Assembly (NCBI RefSeq): GCF_006345805.1
Contig: NC_043002.1
Span: 22,196,001 to 22,260,000 of the forward strand
DNA length: 64,000 bases
Direction: 5' to 3'
Source of the DNA: Octopus sinensis
Lineage: Eukaryota
Shown: piece after piece, positions 1 to 11,399 of the stretch
Position numbering within the stretch: the first letter of the stretch is position 1
How the letters are laid out: each line of letters starts with the position of its first letter
Position numbers and translations under genes: made by a program
The notes under the pieces: model-generated
Databases searched by the model: none
Told to the model about the DNA's origin: nothing
What the model saw: only the letters and a program-made list of their open reading frames with translations

Positions 1-336
1 CAAAATGGCAGAAGTTCAAAAGATAGTGCTCATGGGAACTGCTCATATCCTACGCAAAATACTCTCTATGTAATCTCAAGGTTTAAAACAAACATAATTT
101 TCGGTTTAAAAAAAAAAAAAAAAAAAAACTTTTTTTTTTTTTTTAGACATTCATTAGTACAACATCCCCACCCCCCAAATATATGGCACACTAGGCATAA
201 CAACAACATGAACTTCCAACCCTGTTGTCTCTTGAGGTCTCTGGGTGAGACTTGGAGCCAACTTGTACAAATATAAAGCAAAAGTCAAACATAGAATAAT
301 AATAATAATAATAATAATAATGATGATAATAATAAT
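1..336 (+). mobile_element. 3' end of an R4/Dong-like (RLE-clade) non-LTR retrotransposon with (AAT)n tail
   Basis: 2-73 translates KMAEVQKIVLMGTAHILRKILSM*, matching the Q-K-x-x-L-x-G-T-A-x-I-L-R-K C-terminus of RLE-clade ORFs. A 3' UTR follows and runs into (AAT)n at ~293-336. Confidence 0.75.
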
Positions 337-344
337 AGTCATTT

Positions 345-559
345 CCAGTATAGGCACAGGGCCTGAAATTTGGAGGAGGGTGCTAGTCTATTACATCGAT
401 CCCAGTGGTCCACTGGTACTTATTTCGTCGAACCCCGAAAGGTTGAAAGTGAAAGTCGACCTCGGCGGAATTTGAACTCAGAACGTAAAACCGGACAAAC
501 GATTCTGCTAGCACGTTGTCGTCGTCGTCGTCGTCGTCGTAGTAGTAGTAGTAGTAGTA

Positions 560-615
<56 letters not shown>

Positions 616-760
616 CCTTTCTGTTATAGGCATAAGACCTGAAATTTCGTAGGAAGGGACGAGTCGAATACATCAACCCAAGTTGCGCGACCGCGAAATG
701 ATGTAAGGTAAAGTCAAAATCGGCGGTATTTAAACTCAGAGCATAAAGACGCAGGTATTA
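345..760 (-). mobile_element. Two degenerate copies of tRNA-derived SINE family A separated by (GTC/AGT/AAT)n microsatellite
   Basis: Reverse complement contains gttctgagttcaaattccgccgaggtcgactttcac (B-box plus core), also seen at 16408, 53140 and 62376. Confidence 0.75.
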
Positions 761-819
761 TTTTTGTGGTTAAGACCCTCTCTTTTGAACCCGTGTTTTC
801 GAAACTACACCGTGTACAT

Positions 820-1050
820 ATACCTGTGTGTTTTTTGTTTGTCCTCTCTACACACCACCACATGAAAAACCGGTGTTGATTTCTTTATGTCACGTTAATT
901 TTGCAGTTTACCAAAAGAAAGAAAGAAAAAAGACCGATACAACATGCACCAAACCCATAAAATAAATACTAGGATCGATTTGTTCGACTTAACCATGCAA
1001 GGTGGTGCCCCAGCATGGCCACAGTCTAATGACAGAAAGATAAATGATAA
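820..1050 (+). mobile_element. SINE family C, degenerate 3' half
   Basis: gatcgatttgttcgact...ggtggtgccccagcatggccacagtctaatgac matches the 3' end of the copies at 9205 and 35150. Confidence 0.65.
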
Positions 1051-1581
1051 ACTAAACTGAAAATGGATTACAAAATACAAGATGTTAAAACAGCCTCTAT
1101 ATAGTCTGAAGCCTAGCTCGACTTATTAAAATAGAAGTAAATAAGATTATCTAAGTACTGGATGAAAAGCATAAAGCTCAAAGCTTAGCGGAATTTCGTC
1201 CGGTTCTTTTCCTTTTGAGTTCAAATCTTGTTGGGGTGAACTTTGCCTATATTCCTTTTGGGGTCGATAAAAATGTACCGGACATATACTACGGTCGACG
1301 TAATGGATTTGTCCCCTACCCTCTACAATTATTGACCTTGAACTCTGTAACGGACCGGCAACCCATTCCGGGGTAATGTTGCGATCTCGGTCCCTTACAA
1401 GCCATATAAATCCCAGAGCACAAGAAATATATTTTAAAAAGCGTCCCACTTAAAACAGCGAACATATTCAGACATTACAAACCTGAAGCTTTTATACACT
1501 GCAAACTGTACTAACATTGCAGAATACACAGGGAAAAGATGAGCCACGCACTCATCCACATACGCACGCGCACACAGACAG

Positions 1582-1614
<33 letters not shown>

Positions 1615-1742
1615 AACACGCGCACATAGACCATAAAAGATCTGAGACTGCATGATATCGTCATTTTATAGGCGAGATGTTCGTTCAGATATCAGAGTCA
1701 AAGGCCATCAACAAGATATATGAAAAATTATACTTAAGATGC

Positions 1743-2320
1743 TTGCCACTATAGACACTGAATATATTACGTAAATACCTCAGAACTTACAGGTATATGC
1801 GATATATAAAAATTAGCAACATTAAGCATTGAATATATTATATATACCTCAAGACTTCGACATATACATGACATAAAAGGCTGTAGCAACACTGGGCACT
1901 AAATGTATTACATATATGCACCAGAAATATACAGGACATAATAATAATTAGTAACTCTAGGCACTGAATATAATACACATATATTTTGGGACTTACATAT
2001 TTGCACGACATATGCACTAAGTTAGCAACACTAGATATATATTTCTTCAGATGAAACACATACAGACGACATATAAGGAAATATTAGCAACACTGATCAC
2101 TGGATACATATAACGTTGAATACCAAAGAATTTACACATATACACATAATCTAAAATATTAGCAACACTAGTGACTGAATTCACATCATCAGGTTTTACA
2201 CATGCATACGTACTGTAAAGGAGTTAGCAACACCAGGCACTGACTACATATTGCATACATTACTTCAACATTTACACATATGTAAGACATTTAAATTAAT
2301 AGCAACACCGAGAACTAAAT
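1743..2320. repeat. Degenerate minisatellite, 62-75 bp monomers in an alternating ~138 bp dimer
   Basis: Motif tagcaacac (variant tagtaactc) at 1814, 1884, 1949, 2023, 2085, 2160, 2225, 2300; spacings 70, 65, 74, 62, 75, 65, 75. Confidence 0.7.
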
Positions 2321-2520
2321 AGGTACTACATGGGTATGAGACGTTCTGGCTGCCGTGTTGGCATCGCTGATTCAAACCTGACTTATTTGACACCACACGT
2401 TTCTTTGGCTTTCATATATTTGGCCCATTTTCTCCCGCTCTCACCTACTTTCTCTATCTGTAACTGTATATTTTTGCGAACGCTTGCATGTACGTATGTG
2501 TGCATGCGTGTGTGTGTGAA

Positions 2521-2820
2521 GGCGCGTGGCTTAGTGGTTAGGGGCATTCGGCTCATGATCATAAGGTCGTGAGTTCAATTCTTGGCGGCGCGTTGTGTCC
2601 TTACGCAAGACACTTTACTTCACGTTGCTCCAGTCCACTCAGCTGGCTAAAATGAGTACTGTACTTCAAACGGCCAGCCATGTCACACTCTGTCACGCTG
2701 AATCTCCCCGAGAACTACGTTAAGGGTATACGTGTTTGTGGAGTGCTCAGCCACTTGCACGTTAATTTCACGAGCAAGCTTCGTAACAGCTGGGACCCTC
2801 GTCGTCGCAACCGACGGAGG
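2521..2820 (+). mobile_element. tRNA-derived SINE family B (tail variant 1)
   Basis: A-box tggcttagtggtta, B-box gagttcaattc, then core tgtgtccttacgcaagacactttacttcacgttgctccagtccactcagctggctaaaatgagta, shared with the copies at 27082, 34385 and 53292. Confidence 0.85.
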
Positions 2821-3460
2821 GCTCCTTTCTTATGTGTGTGTGTATGTGTGTTGGTGGGTTGGTGCTTGCGTGCTTATTTCCAGTGCCAAAACGTATTGTC
2901 GACAAAGAAGGGCGAAAGCTCAGTCGCCTCTCCAAATCGTCAGCGCCTAAACAGCCACCCCAAATCGTCTCATCCTGGCGCTACATACAGAATACTCCCG
3001 TACTTACTCACATACATGGCATCTAAAGTAAAAGTAGTAATATCAAGGACTGAAAATACTGCACAGTTACCAGAGAACTTACACATCTAAAAGAAAAGAA
3101 AAAAAGAAAAGAAGAAAAGCATTACCAAGTATAGTATACATTGCACAGATTAGTTTCAACAGAAAAAAAACACAAAAACAAAGCGTAACATATGCCCAAG
3201 GCATGCGGAGATGTGACTGGCTGCTCAGTGAGAGCATAGAATAATAACATGGCTGTTAAAGCAATATCAATATATAGTCTTTCTTGCTACTATTTTCTGC
3301 TTCATTTGGTTTGATTTCATTTCAATGTTCGCCTTTGTCTTTTGTTTCGAAAACGGAATGGGCTTTGTCTCAAAACCTGTCTATCATTGTAAAGATCACG
3401 AGCGATTTAAATTTTACTTGTATTAGTCAGTTTGGAGTAGGATAATAAATAAATGAATAG

Positions 3461-3618
3461 GTGCAGGCGTGGTTGTGTGGGAAGAAGTTTTTTCCCGACC
3501 ACATGGCTCCGGGTTCAGTCCCACCCCGTGACGCATTAGATGAGCGTCATCTACTATAGCTTCGAGTCAACCAAAGCCTTGTGAATGGATTTGGTAGACG
3601 TAAACTACAGAAGCCCTA
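3461..3618 (+). mobile_element. SINE family C, 5' half
   Basis: ccacatggctccgggttcagtccca...aaagccttgtgaatggatttggtagacg. Confidence 0.75.
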
Positions 3619-3668
3619 TATATTATATATATATATATTATATATATATATATAATATATATATATAT

Positions 3669-4238
3669 ATACTAAGTAATTAAGGTTAGCAACGATTTGC
3701 CTCACCACACACCGAATTTAGAAATAGCAGTCAAAGAGTTATAGCTATTCTTTCTACTAAAAGGGAGATCTCAATGACCACAATGACCACAACATCTTGT
3801 CTTGGCTGCACGCTGGTGGGAGGGGGTTGGTGACACAAACTTTCATTCACACTTTGAATTTGGTGATTACTGGTAACGGCTTTAGCTCGCTCTGATACTG
3901 AGTTGAGATGATGTCTTCTAGTACCTCGAAATTAATATACAATTATTCATAATTGTAGTGTCCTACGCTGATGAGAAAAGAAGTTGGGTAAGACATAATT
4001 ATCTAATCCTATGCTTTCCTAAAACTTAATTTCGAAACGTACGTCCGTAGGTGACTTAAAATTGTATGATAGATTGCCGTATTTCTTTCTCTCTTGCCTG
4101 TCTGTGTTTGCCTTTCAAGTGCTGTGGTTTTACTGAGATCTCCCTTTTTAGTAGAAAGAATAGCTATAACTCTGACTGCTATTTCTAAATTCGGTGTGTG
4201 GTGAGGCAAATCGTTGCTAAACCTTAATTACTTAGTAT
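3669..4238 (+). mobile_element. 570 bp non-autonomous Penelope-like derivative with ~105 bp terminal inverted repeats and an internal hammerhead ribozyme
   Basis: 3669-3773 is the reverse complement of 4134-4238 with only three small indels and no substitutions by eye. A hammerhead motif lies at 3962-4051. Confidence 0.75.
3962..4051 (+). ncRNA. Type I hammerhead ribozyme (Penelope-type), intact core
   Basis: Stem I cctacg(3962-67)/cgtagg(4046-51); core CTGATGA 3968-74; stem II gaaa(3975-78)/tttc(4030-33) with a long extension; GAAA 4034-37; stem III A-C/G-T around a GTAC loop (palindrome ACGTACGT); GTC cleavage triplet 4043-45. Confidence 0.85.
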
Positions 4239-4363
4239 TACTTAAAACTTTCCTCGAATGAGGCTTTTACATGCCGAAATCTACTTGGTGAAATTAATGA
4301 TTATTCCAAATTAATTAATTTCACCCTATATTATTACTGATATATATATATTATATATATATA

Positions 4364-4412
<49 letters not shown>

Positions 4413-4418
4413 GTATAG

Positions 4419-4451
<33 letters not shown>

Positions 4452-4529
4452 ATATATATATATATTATATACACACACATACATAACACATACATACATA
4501 CTACATACATACATACGTACATACATACA

Positions 4530-4561
<32 letters not shown>

Positions 4562-5069
4562 CATGTGTGAGTGTGTCTTTTTGAGTCTGTGATTGTCCAT
4601 CACCACCACTTGACAAACGGTGTTGGTGTATTTGCCTCCCTGTAACTTATAACTTAGCAACAATAACACCAGTCGATTATAAATCATCATTATGTGCCCC
4701 GAGAGCCACCAAGAGTTCATCAAGGACGCCTCTATGTGGTCGTTCAGTCGGCTAGACATAACAGTCAAATGTTGCTCAAATGGCCCACTTCTGTCTTTCG
4801 GAAAGGAAACATGCATGGGAATTGTAATCCACGATGCATTGTGCTTTAAAAAGGCAGAATGCGCTTGAATGTAAGTTTCTCATTTATTGGGGCCAAGCAA
4901 CAACAAGAACATCAACAAAAGAAATACCTCAACTAGAAGGCAAACGATAACTCACCCAACTCGATTCTGTTCTTCCCACTGCTCCAAAAATTAAGGGACA
5001 TTCGTTACCGTATCATATAAGAATAGATCCCTTGCTTTCAATATTTCATTATCCTAGGCAAGCCTTTAA

Positions 5070-5200
5070 ATTGCGTCCGGTAGTGGGTCCTTTGTAGTTC
5101 CAGGAGTTTGCGGAGTATGGATGCACCTCTTAGCCATCATTCTTCCCAAGCCTACTCTGACCCGGTGTTGTAGCACCTATTATGACCCCCGCTATGGATT
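5070..5200 (-). pseudogene. Degenerate RLE-domain C-terminus of an R4/Dong-like element
   Basis: Minus strand gives VIIGA... and, after a frameshift, GASILRKLLELQ, paralleling the motif at 2-73. Confidence 0.5.
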
Positions 5201-5861
5201 ATCTAGTATGTGTACCACTCGCTTCAAATCCAGGCTACGTCTGCTCAGATAATCGGTGGTAACTTGGTCAGCGAATCCTTTGCGACGGTCATCCATCGCC
5301 AGTAATATGAATTGCTACGGATCACACTATCTCAAAGTGTATATACATGTGACAAGGGACCACATGTGAACTGTATTCCCAATGAAACTCCAAACATGAA
5401 CCCTACACCACAACAACGAATGACGGCTATGGCTACAGCGTCAGCACTATCCGATGTACTTGCTCCCACAGTGGGGGACATTGGTCAAATTTGCAAGCTG
5501 GAATTTTAGGCAGCAGGCAGAAGCATCATTTTGCTTGCTGGAACGTTAGGGCCGACCGTCGGATGTGATCGGCATTTATGGGAGACGTGGTGAACTCGTT
5601 GGTCGGAGTCGACTCAACCCATCCCGGGTGAATGCAGCCACAAGTACAAGTGATATTTCACTATATTTACATCGTTCATTTTCATCTCATGGATAAATGA
5701 TGAATACCACATGACCACAGGATGTCTAGCAACATAAATCGTAGGGAAATTAACTGTAGTCCCTTGGTATCGAAACCGTATTGTTGTTTTGTAGGCTTCG
5801 GTCCCTATAATTCGTGTTTCTATTCCTTTAAGTCATCTTTCTGTTTTAGTTAACTACAGTT

Positions 5862-6096
5862 ATTTCTTCTTCTTCTTCTTCTTCTTCTTCTTCTTCTTCT
5901 TCTTCTTTCTTCTTCTCTTCTTCTTTTCTCCTCCTCCTCCTCCTCCTCCTTCTTCTTCTTCTTCTTCTTCTCCTCCTCCTTCTTCTTTCTCATCGTCTTC
6001 TAATACCGGTTCCCAAACGCTCACAACTACATCCCCACGCACACACACACACATACACACACACACACACACACGCACACGCACACACACACATTC

Positions 6097-6141
<45 letters not shown>

Positions 6142-6565
6142 AACACACAAACACACACACACACACAAGCACGCATAAACATACACAGACACAAAAGGCG
6201 ACCACCCTACGCGTTGACATCTAAACATTTACATATTTCTTGACCCTATCAGCCGCCATATTGCCCGCATGTAACAACATTTACCCAATAAGCATGATGA
6301 ATCTCTGATACAAAATGATATTACACGCCGATAAGAATACACACTTCCTTCTGTTTCGTATTTATAATTTTCATATGTATTTACACATTGCATCGTAAAT
6401 ATTATCGTAATTTGTGTTTGCGTGTGTATGTATATTTATACTTACGAACATACATGCAGACATAGATATATACTTAAATTTATATATATATATGTTTATT
6501 CATAAATATGTCTGTGCGTACGTACGCATCTACATACATGCATGTTTGTGAGTGACTGAGTGTGT

Positions 6566-6622
<57 letters not shown>

Positions 6623-6753
6623 CGTGTATGTGTTTGGTGTGTGTGTGTGTGTGTATGTGTGTGTGCATGCGGATGTAGTTGTGAGCGTTTGGGAACCGGT
6701 ATTGGAAGACGATGAGAAAGAAGCAAAAGAAGAATAAGAATAAGAAGAAGAAT

Positions 6754-6786
<33 letters not shown>

Positions 6787-6797
6787 AAGAATAGGAA

Positions 6798-6829
<32 letters not shown>

Positions 6830-6932
6830 AGAAGAGGAAGAAGAAGAAGAGGAAGAAGAAGAAGAAGAGAAGAAGAGAAGAAGAAGAAGAAGAAGAAGAA
6901 GAAGAAGAAGAAGAAGAAGAAGAAGAAGAAGA
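5862..6932. repeat. Inverted duplication of a compound microsatellite block with a 53 bp unique core
   Basis: 5982-6034 is the reverse complement of 6671-6723 (1 mismatch). Flanking order (CTT)n-core-(CA)n-(CT)n-(CA)n is mirrored as (TG)n-(AG)n-(TG)n-core-(AAG)n. Confidence 0.85.
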
Positions 6933-9204
6933 GCGTCTTCGTTATATGCAACAGAAAGTTTTAGATTAAAATAGCCCTCTGTGTATTATACTTAAGGCAG
7001 ATACATCGCGAAAGACAAATAAAGTGCGGTATTCATCCTTTATGGACGCTTCATCAGCATAAGCAATTTTTCTGTATAAAAAGCCCGCCGCGTGGATTGT
7101 AGTTGCAACTTAAAAGTTATAGCCTTTTTACACTAGTGTAACGCCGGTTCTGTGCGAGTACTTCGTAATGCGTAACGATGTTTATCTAATGTTCAGCCGC
7201 TCCCTCATCAATTCAAGCGCACATAATCCAGTTGTTCAGTCGACCACAACGTAAAGACAGACAAAATACCGCCTAAGCATTTCGCCCGGCGTGCTAACGT
7301 TTCTGACCAGAGAAGAAAAGAATATTCATTAAATATTTTGGAGACAAATTTTGTAGACATCATTCTTAAAACACGTATTATCAAAACTAAATCAAACTTT
7401 TAACATATAATTAAAAGTAATCATTCTTAAAATAAAATTATTTTATTGATCATATTCATGGGTAGCTTAATTTTCGTTTTGCGACAAAGCAATTTCCCAA
7501 TTCTTATGAATGATATTACTAACGAATACCGCATTTTCAAATTTGGTGGCTTGACTTATATAGGTTTATAAACCGATCAGATAATTCATATAAGCATGTG
7601 GCCCGATGCTTATGAAATTCGCTTTGCAAGTAGAAGACCTCGGTTTCGATCTCACCGCTTGTTATCTTGAATAAATTTAATTTTCTGTAGCATCAGATCG
7701 ACAGATGCATTACGAGTGAAATTGTGATGATGGAAATTATACTGGAATATATAAGCCCGTTTGGTGAATCTTATCTTCAGTATAAAATATGCAGTGTGTA
7801 AACGCAACCATACCTATAAACTTACCTATAAACTTTAAGCTTAGTTTTTTCTTGGGGCTGGCCAGATTGGAGTAATCTCAAGTATAATCAGCCGAAATTG
7901 CGAAGATAATATGGTACTTGACTGAGGAAAGAAAACTTTCAGTCCTTGTTTTCTTTGTATCGTCTATCTGGGTGTTTTGTTGAACCATTTTTGTGTCACC
8001 TAACTGTCCGTATGTTTTACGTTCTTGTCCCATTTTGTTTTAAATATATATATATAAATATATATATATGCATATATAATGCTCTCGTATATAAATTGTA
8101 ATTTATGTTTACATTTAACAGTTAGTTTCTTATCCTTTTTGAGGACATTTTTTCCTATAGGCGAACACAGTTTCGAGGGTCTCGCGGAAGCAGTGTTTGC
8201 AAAGTCTCTCATCACCGCTTAAGGGTTGCGCTTTGGCCGGAAAGGACCATTTAATTCCATAGCTAATATTCTGGGAGTTCAGTGAGTGAATATGTTCAGC
8301 TAAGAGGGTATTGATTTGAAGTTAACCTTACGAAATGTACACATACACGCAAGCATGTACAAACACACACACACACACACACAGAGCATGCATATGTGTA
8401 TATGTTTGTACATCTCCGTCTCTCCTTCCTTCTCCTCCCACTCCTTCTCTCTGTATAAATACAACATTAATAAAATACATCAATTCAGCAATTATTGAAA
8501 TAAACTGAAAGCAATAACAGCATGGAAATAGGGTTTCGCATTTCAAGGCCCTGACTAAATGTCGTGGGGCGTGGTTTCTGGAAGGGAATAGAAGAATCTC
8601 GGTACCTCAATGTGTGTGTGTGTGTGGGGGGGGGAAGGAGTGCGTTTGAATGCGCACACATTGCGCACGCACGTATATATCAGTACGAATGTGTTCATGC
8701 AGGTGTGTGTGTCAGCGAGTGTGTGTGTGTGTGTGTGTGTCAGTGAATGTGCGTGTGTTAGCGAGTGTGTGTGTGTGTGTCAGCGAGTGTGTGCATGTCA
8801 GCAAGTGCCTGCACAAAGGTACATTTATGTGGGCGCTCACATACACACACGTGTATATGTACGTGTGTGTGTGTGTGTGTGTAATAATTTATATGAAGGT
8901 GTAAATATATCAGTATTATAGTGCGTGCGTGTGTATGTGTGTTTGTATGTGTGCTTATGTACGTCTATGTGTTAAATGAGTTTACACACATGCGAGTTCA
9001 TCAAATTATATATGATCTAATGGCGTTTGTGTGTATATGTGTACACCTCATGTTTTTATCAGTTTGAGTAAATGTTTCTGTGTATGTGTTGATTGTTTAT
9101 ATGAGTGAGCTTATCTCCATAACTCACGTACATGTCACCGTACCTCGATATCTGTGTAGATATCTTTGGAGATATATGCGTAGGCTTGCGCTCACACGCT
9201 CTCT

Positions 9205-9625
9205 TTTACTATTTACTCTTTTACTTGTTTCAGTCATTTGACTGCGGCCATGCTGGAGCACCGCCTTTAGACTAGCAAATCGACCCCAGGACTTATTCTT
9301 TGGAAGCCTAGTACTTATTCTATCGTTCTCTTTTGCCGAACCGCTAAGTTACAGGGACGTAAACACACCACCATCGGTTGTCAAGCGATGTTGGGAGGAC
9401 AAACACAGACACACAAACATATACACACACCGACACATAAATATATACATATATACGACGGGCTTCTTTCAGTTTCCGTCTACCAAATCCACTCACAAGG
9501 CTTTGGTCGGCCCAAGGCTATACTAGAAGACACTTGCCCAAGGTACCACGCAGTAGGAATGAAACCGGAACCATGTGGTTGGTAAGCAAGTTACTTACCA
9601 CACAGCCACTTCTACGCATGTATGT
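9205..9625 (-). mobile_element. SINE family C, near full length
   Basis: Reverse complement: tgtgtggtaagtaacttgcttaccaaccacatggttccgg...ttgggcaagtgtcttctagtatagcc...internal (TA/TG)n...ggcggtgctccagcatggccgcagtcaaatgactgaaacaagtaaaaga. Confidence 0.9.
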
Positions 9626-9659
9626 AAGTGTCACTGCGAATACTTGTTTATGTTTGTGC

Positions 9660-10978
9660 GTATAAATATGAGTCTTAGAGTAAGTGTGTGTGTATGTGTG
9701 TGTGAGTGTGTCTGTATGTGAATGTATGTGTGAGTGTATGTATGTATGTGAGTGTGTGTGTATGTGAATGTATGTGCATGTGTACGTGAGTGTGTGCATG
9801 CGAATGTGTGTGTATATGTATGTGAGCGTGAGTGTGAGCATGTGTGTGTGTGAGTGTGTATCTGTATGTGAATCTGTATGTGAGTATGTGTACGTGAGTG
9901 TGCATCTATGTGAGTGTATGTATGTGTATGAGAGTGTATGTGTATGTGAGTGTGTGTGTCTATATTTGAATATGTGTGTGAGTGTGTGCGTATATGAGTG
10001 TATGTGTATGTCAGTATATGTATGTGAGTATGTGTGTATATGTGAGTGTTTATTGTTGCGAATTTTCCCGAGTGCCTCTCTGTGTTAACGTGTGTTCTTG
10101 TATATGAGTAATCATGTGTAAGTGCGTCGTGCGTATACGTGTGTTTGCACATGTGTGTAAGTTTGGCTCCTCTGTATGTGTGCATGTGTGTATGTGTGCG
10201 TATTGGTATTAGTGTACCAAGTGAGTACACCTGTGTGTGCGTTTAGATGTATTTGCCAATATAAGTCTACACGCATGTGTGTGTATGTGTATGTGTGCGC
10301 GCACGCGTATGTTTGTGTGTGTGATGTTGTGTGTATAGGTGCGTGTATATTGTATGAGGGCGTATGAGTAACTGCATGTGTACACGTGCGCATGCGTGTA
10401 CGTGTGTGTACATATGCATGTGTGTGTGTGTGTGTGTGTGCGTGTCTGTGTGTGTGCGTGTGTGTGTATACAGTGAGGTATAGATGTACCAAGCATTATT
10501 AACAATATGTGACAAACAAGAGTAGACAAGCTTCAATTAGTAATGCAATCGCACATTTCCGTCAATTTCCGCCGGCATGCTCGTCTGTTGACGGCAGTTG
10601 TTGGTAGCAATAACCAACCCTGCTCCCTCCTCGTTCATTTCGTTTATCTAATTTCATGTTGTTGTTGTGATTGTTTCAAAATCACAGCTATTATTACTGA
10701 AGTAAACTCTGTAATGAATGTATATGTTTGTGCATGTGTGTTTATGTATACGCTTATACGTATATACAATATACATGCATAAATACGTTACGTACACACG
10801 AAAACGCACAATACAGACAAAAACACGGGCCAGAGCTTTCATACACGCGTACATACACACACGCATACACACGCACTCGTACACACACATACACACACAC
10901 AAGCACACACATACATAGTTATATGAGTATGTGTATGCAAACATGTTTGTTGGTATACGTGAGTGTGCAATACCTATC

Positions 10979-11023
<45 letters not shown>

Positions 11024-11222
11024 GCAGAAACATACACGTACACACAGGTATATAAACATACATATATACATACATACATACGTACGTTCGTTCATACATA
11101 CATACATACATACATACATACATACATACATACATACATACATACATACATACATACATACATACATACATACATACGTACGTACGTACATACATACATA
11201 CATACATACATACATACATACA

Positions 11223-11250
<28 letters not shown>
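9660..11250. repeat. Complex degenerate (TG)n, (TATC)n and (TACA)n microsatellite field
   Basis: Direct inspection; this field explains the H/T/Y/C/V-rich ORFs. Confidence 0.9.
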
Positions 11251-11254
<4 letters not shown>

Positions 11255-11399
11255 CACAACGTATGTGAGGTATTTGAAGACATGTTTGGTAATTTAATGA
11301 AGCAACTCTAATCTGGAAACAAGCAGATATATTTCAACAGAAATCTGTACTTAAGCTCTCGATAAGCTTTCGTGCAAGATTATTCTACGTATCTTCTAT

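Noticed and set aside
1743-2320. CRISPR-like array
   Set aside because: Animal genome context, degenerate repeats, intervals share sequence with each other, and no cas genes.
7020-7055. Minus-strand ctgatgaagcgtcc...ggatg hammerhead-like start
   Set aside because: The GAAA and cleavage triplet are missing.
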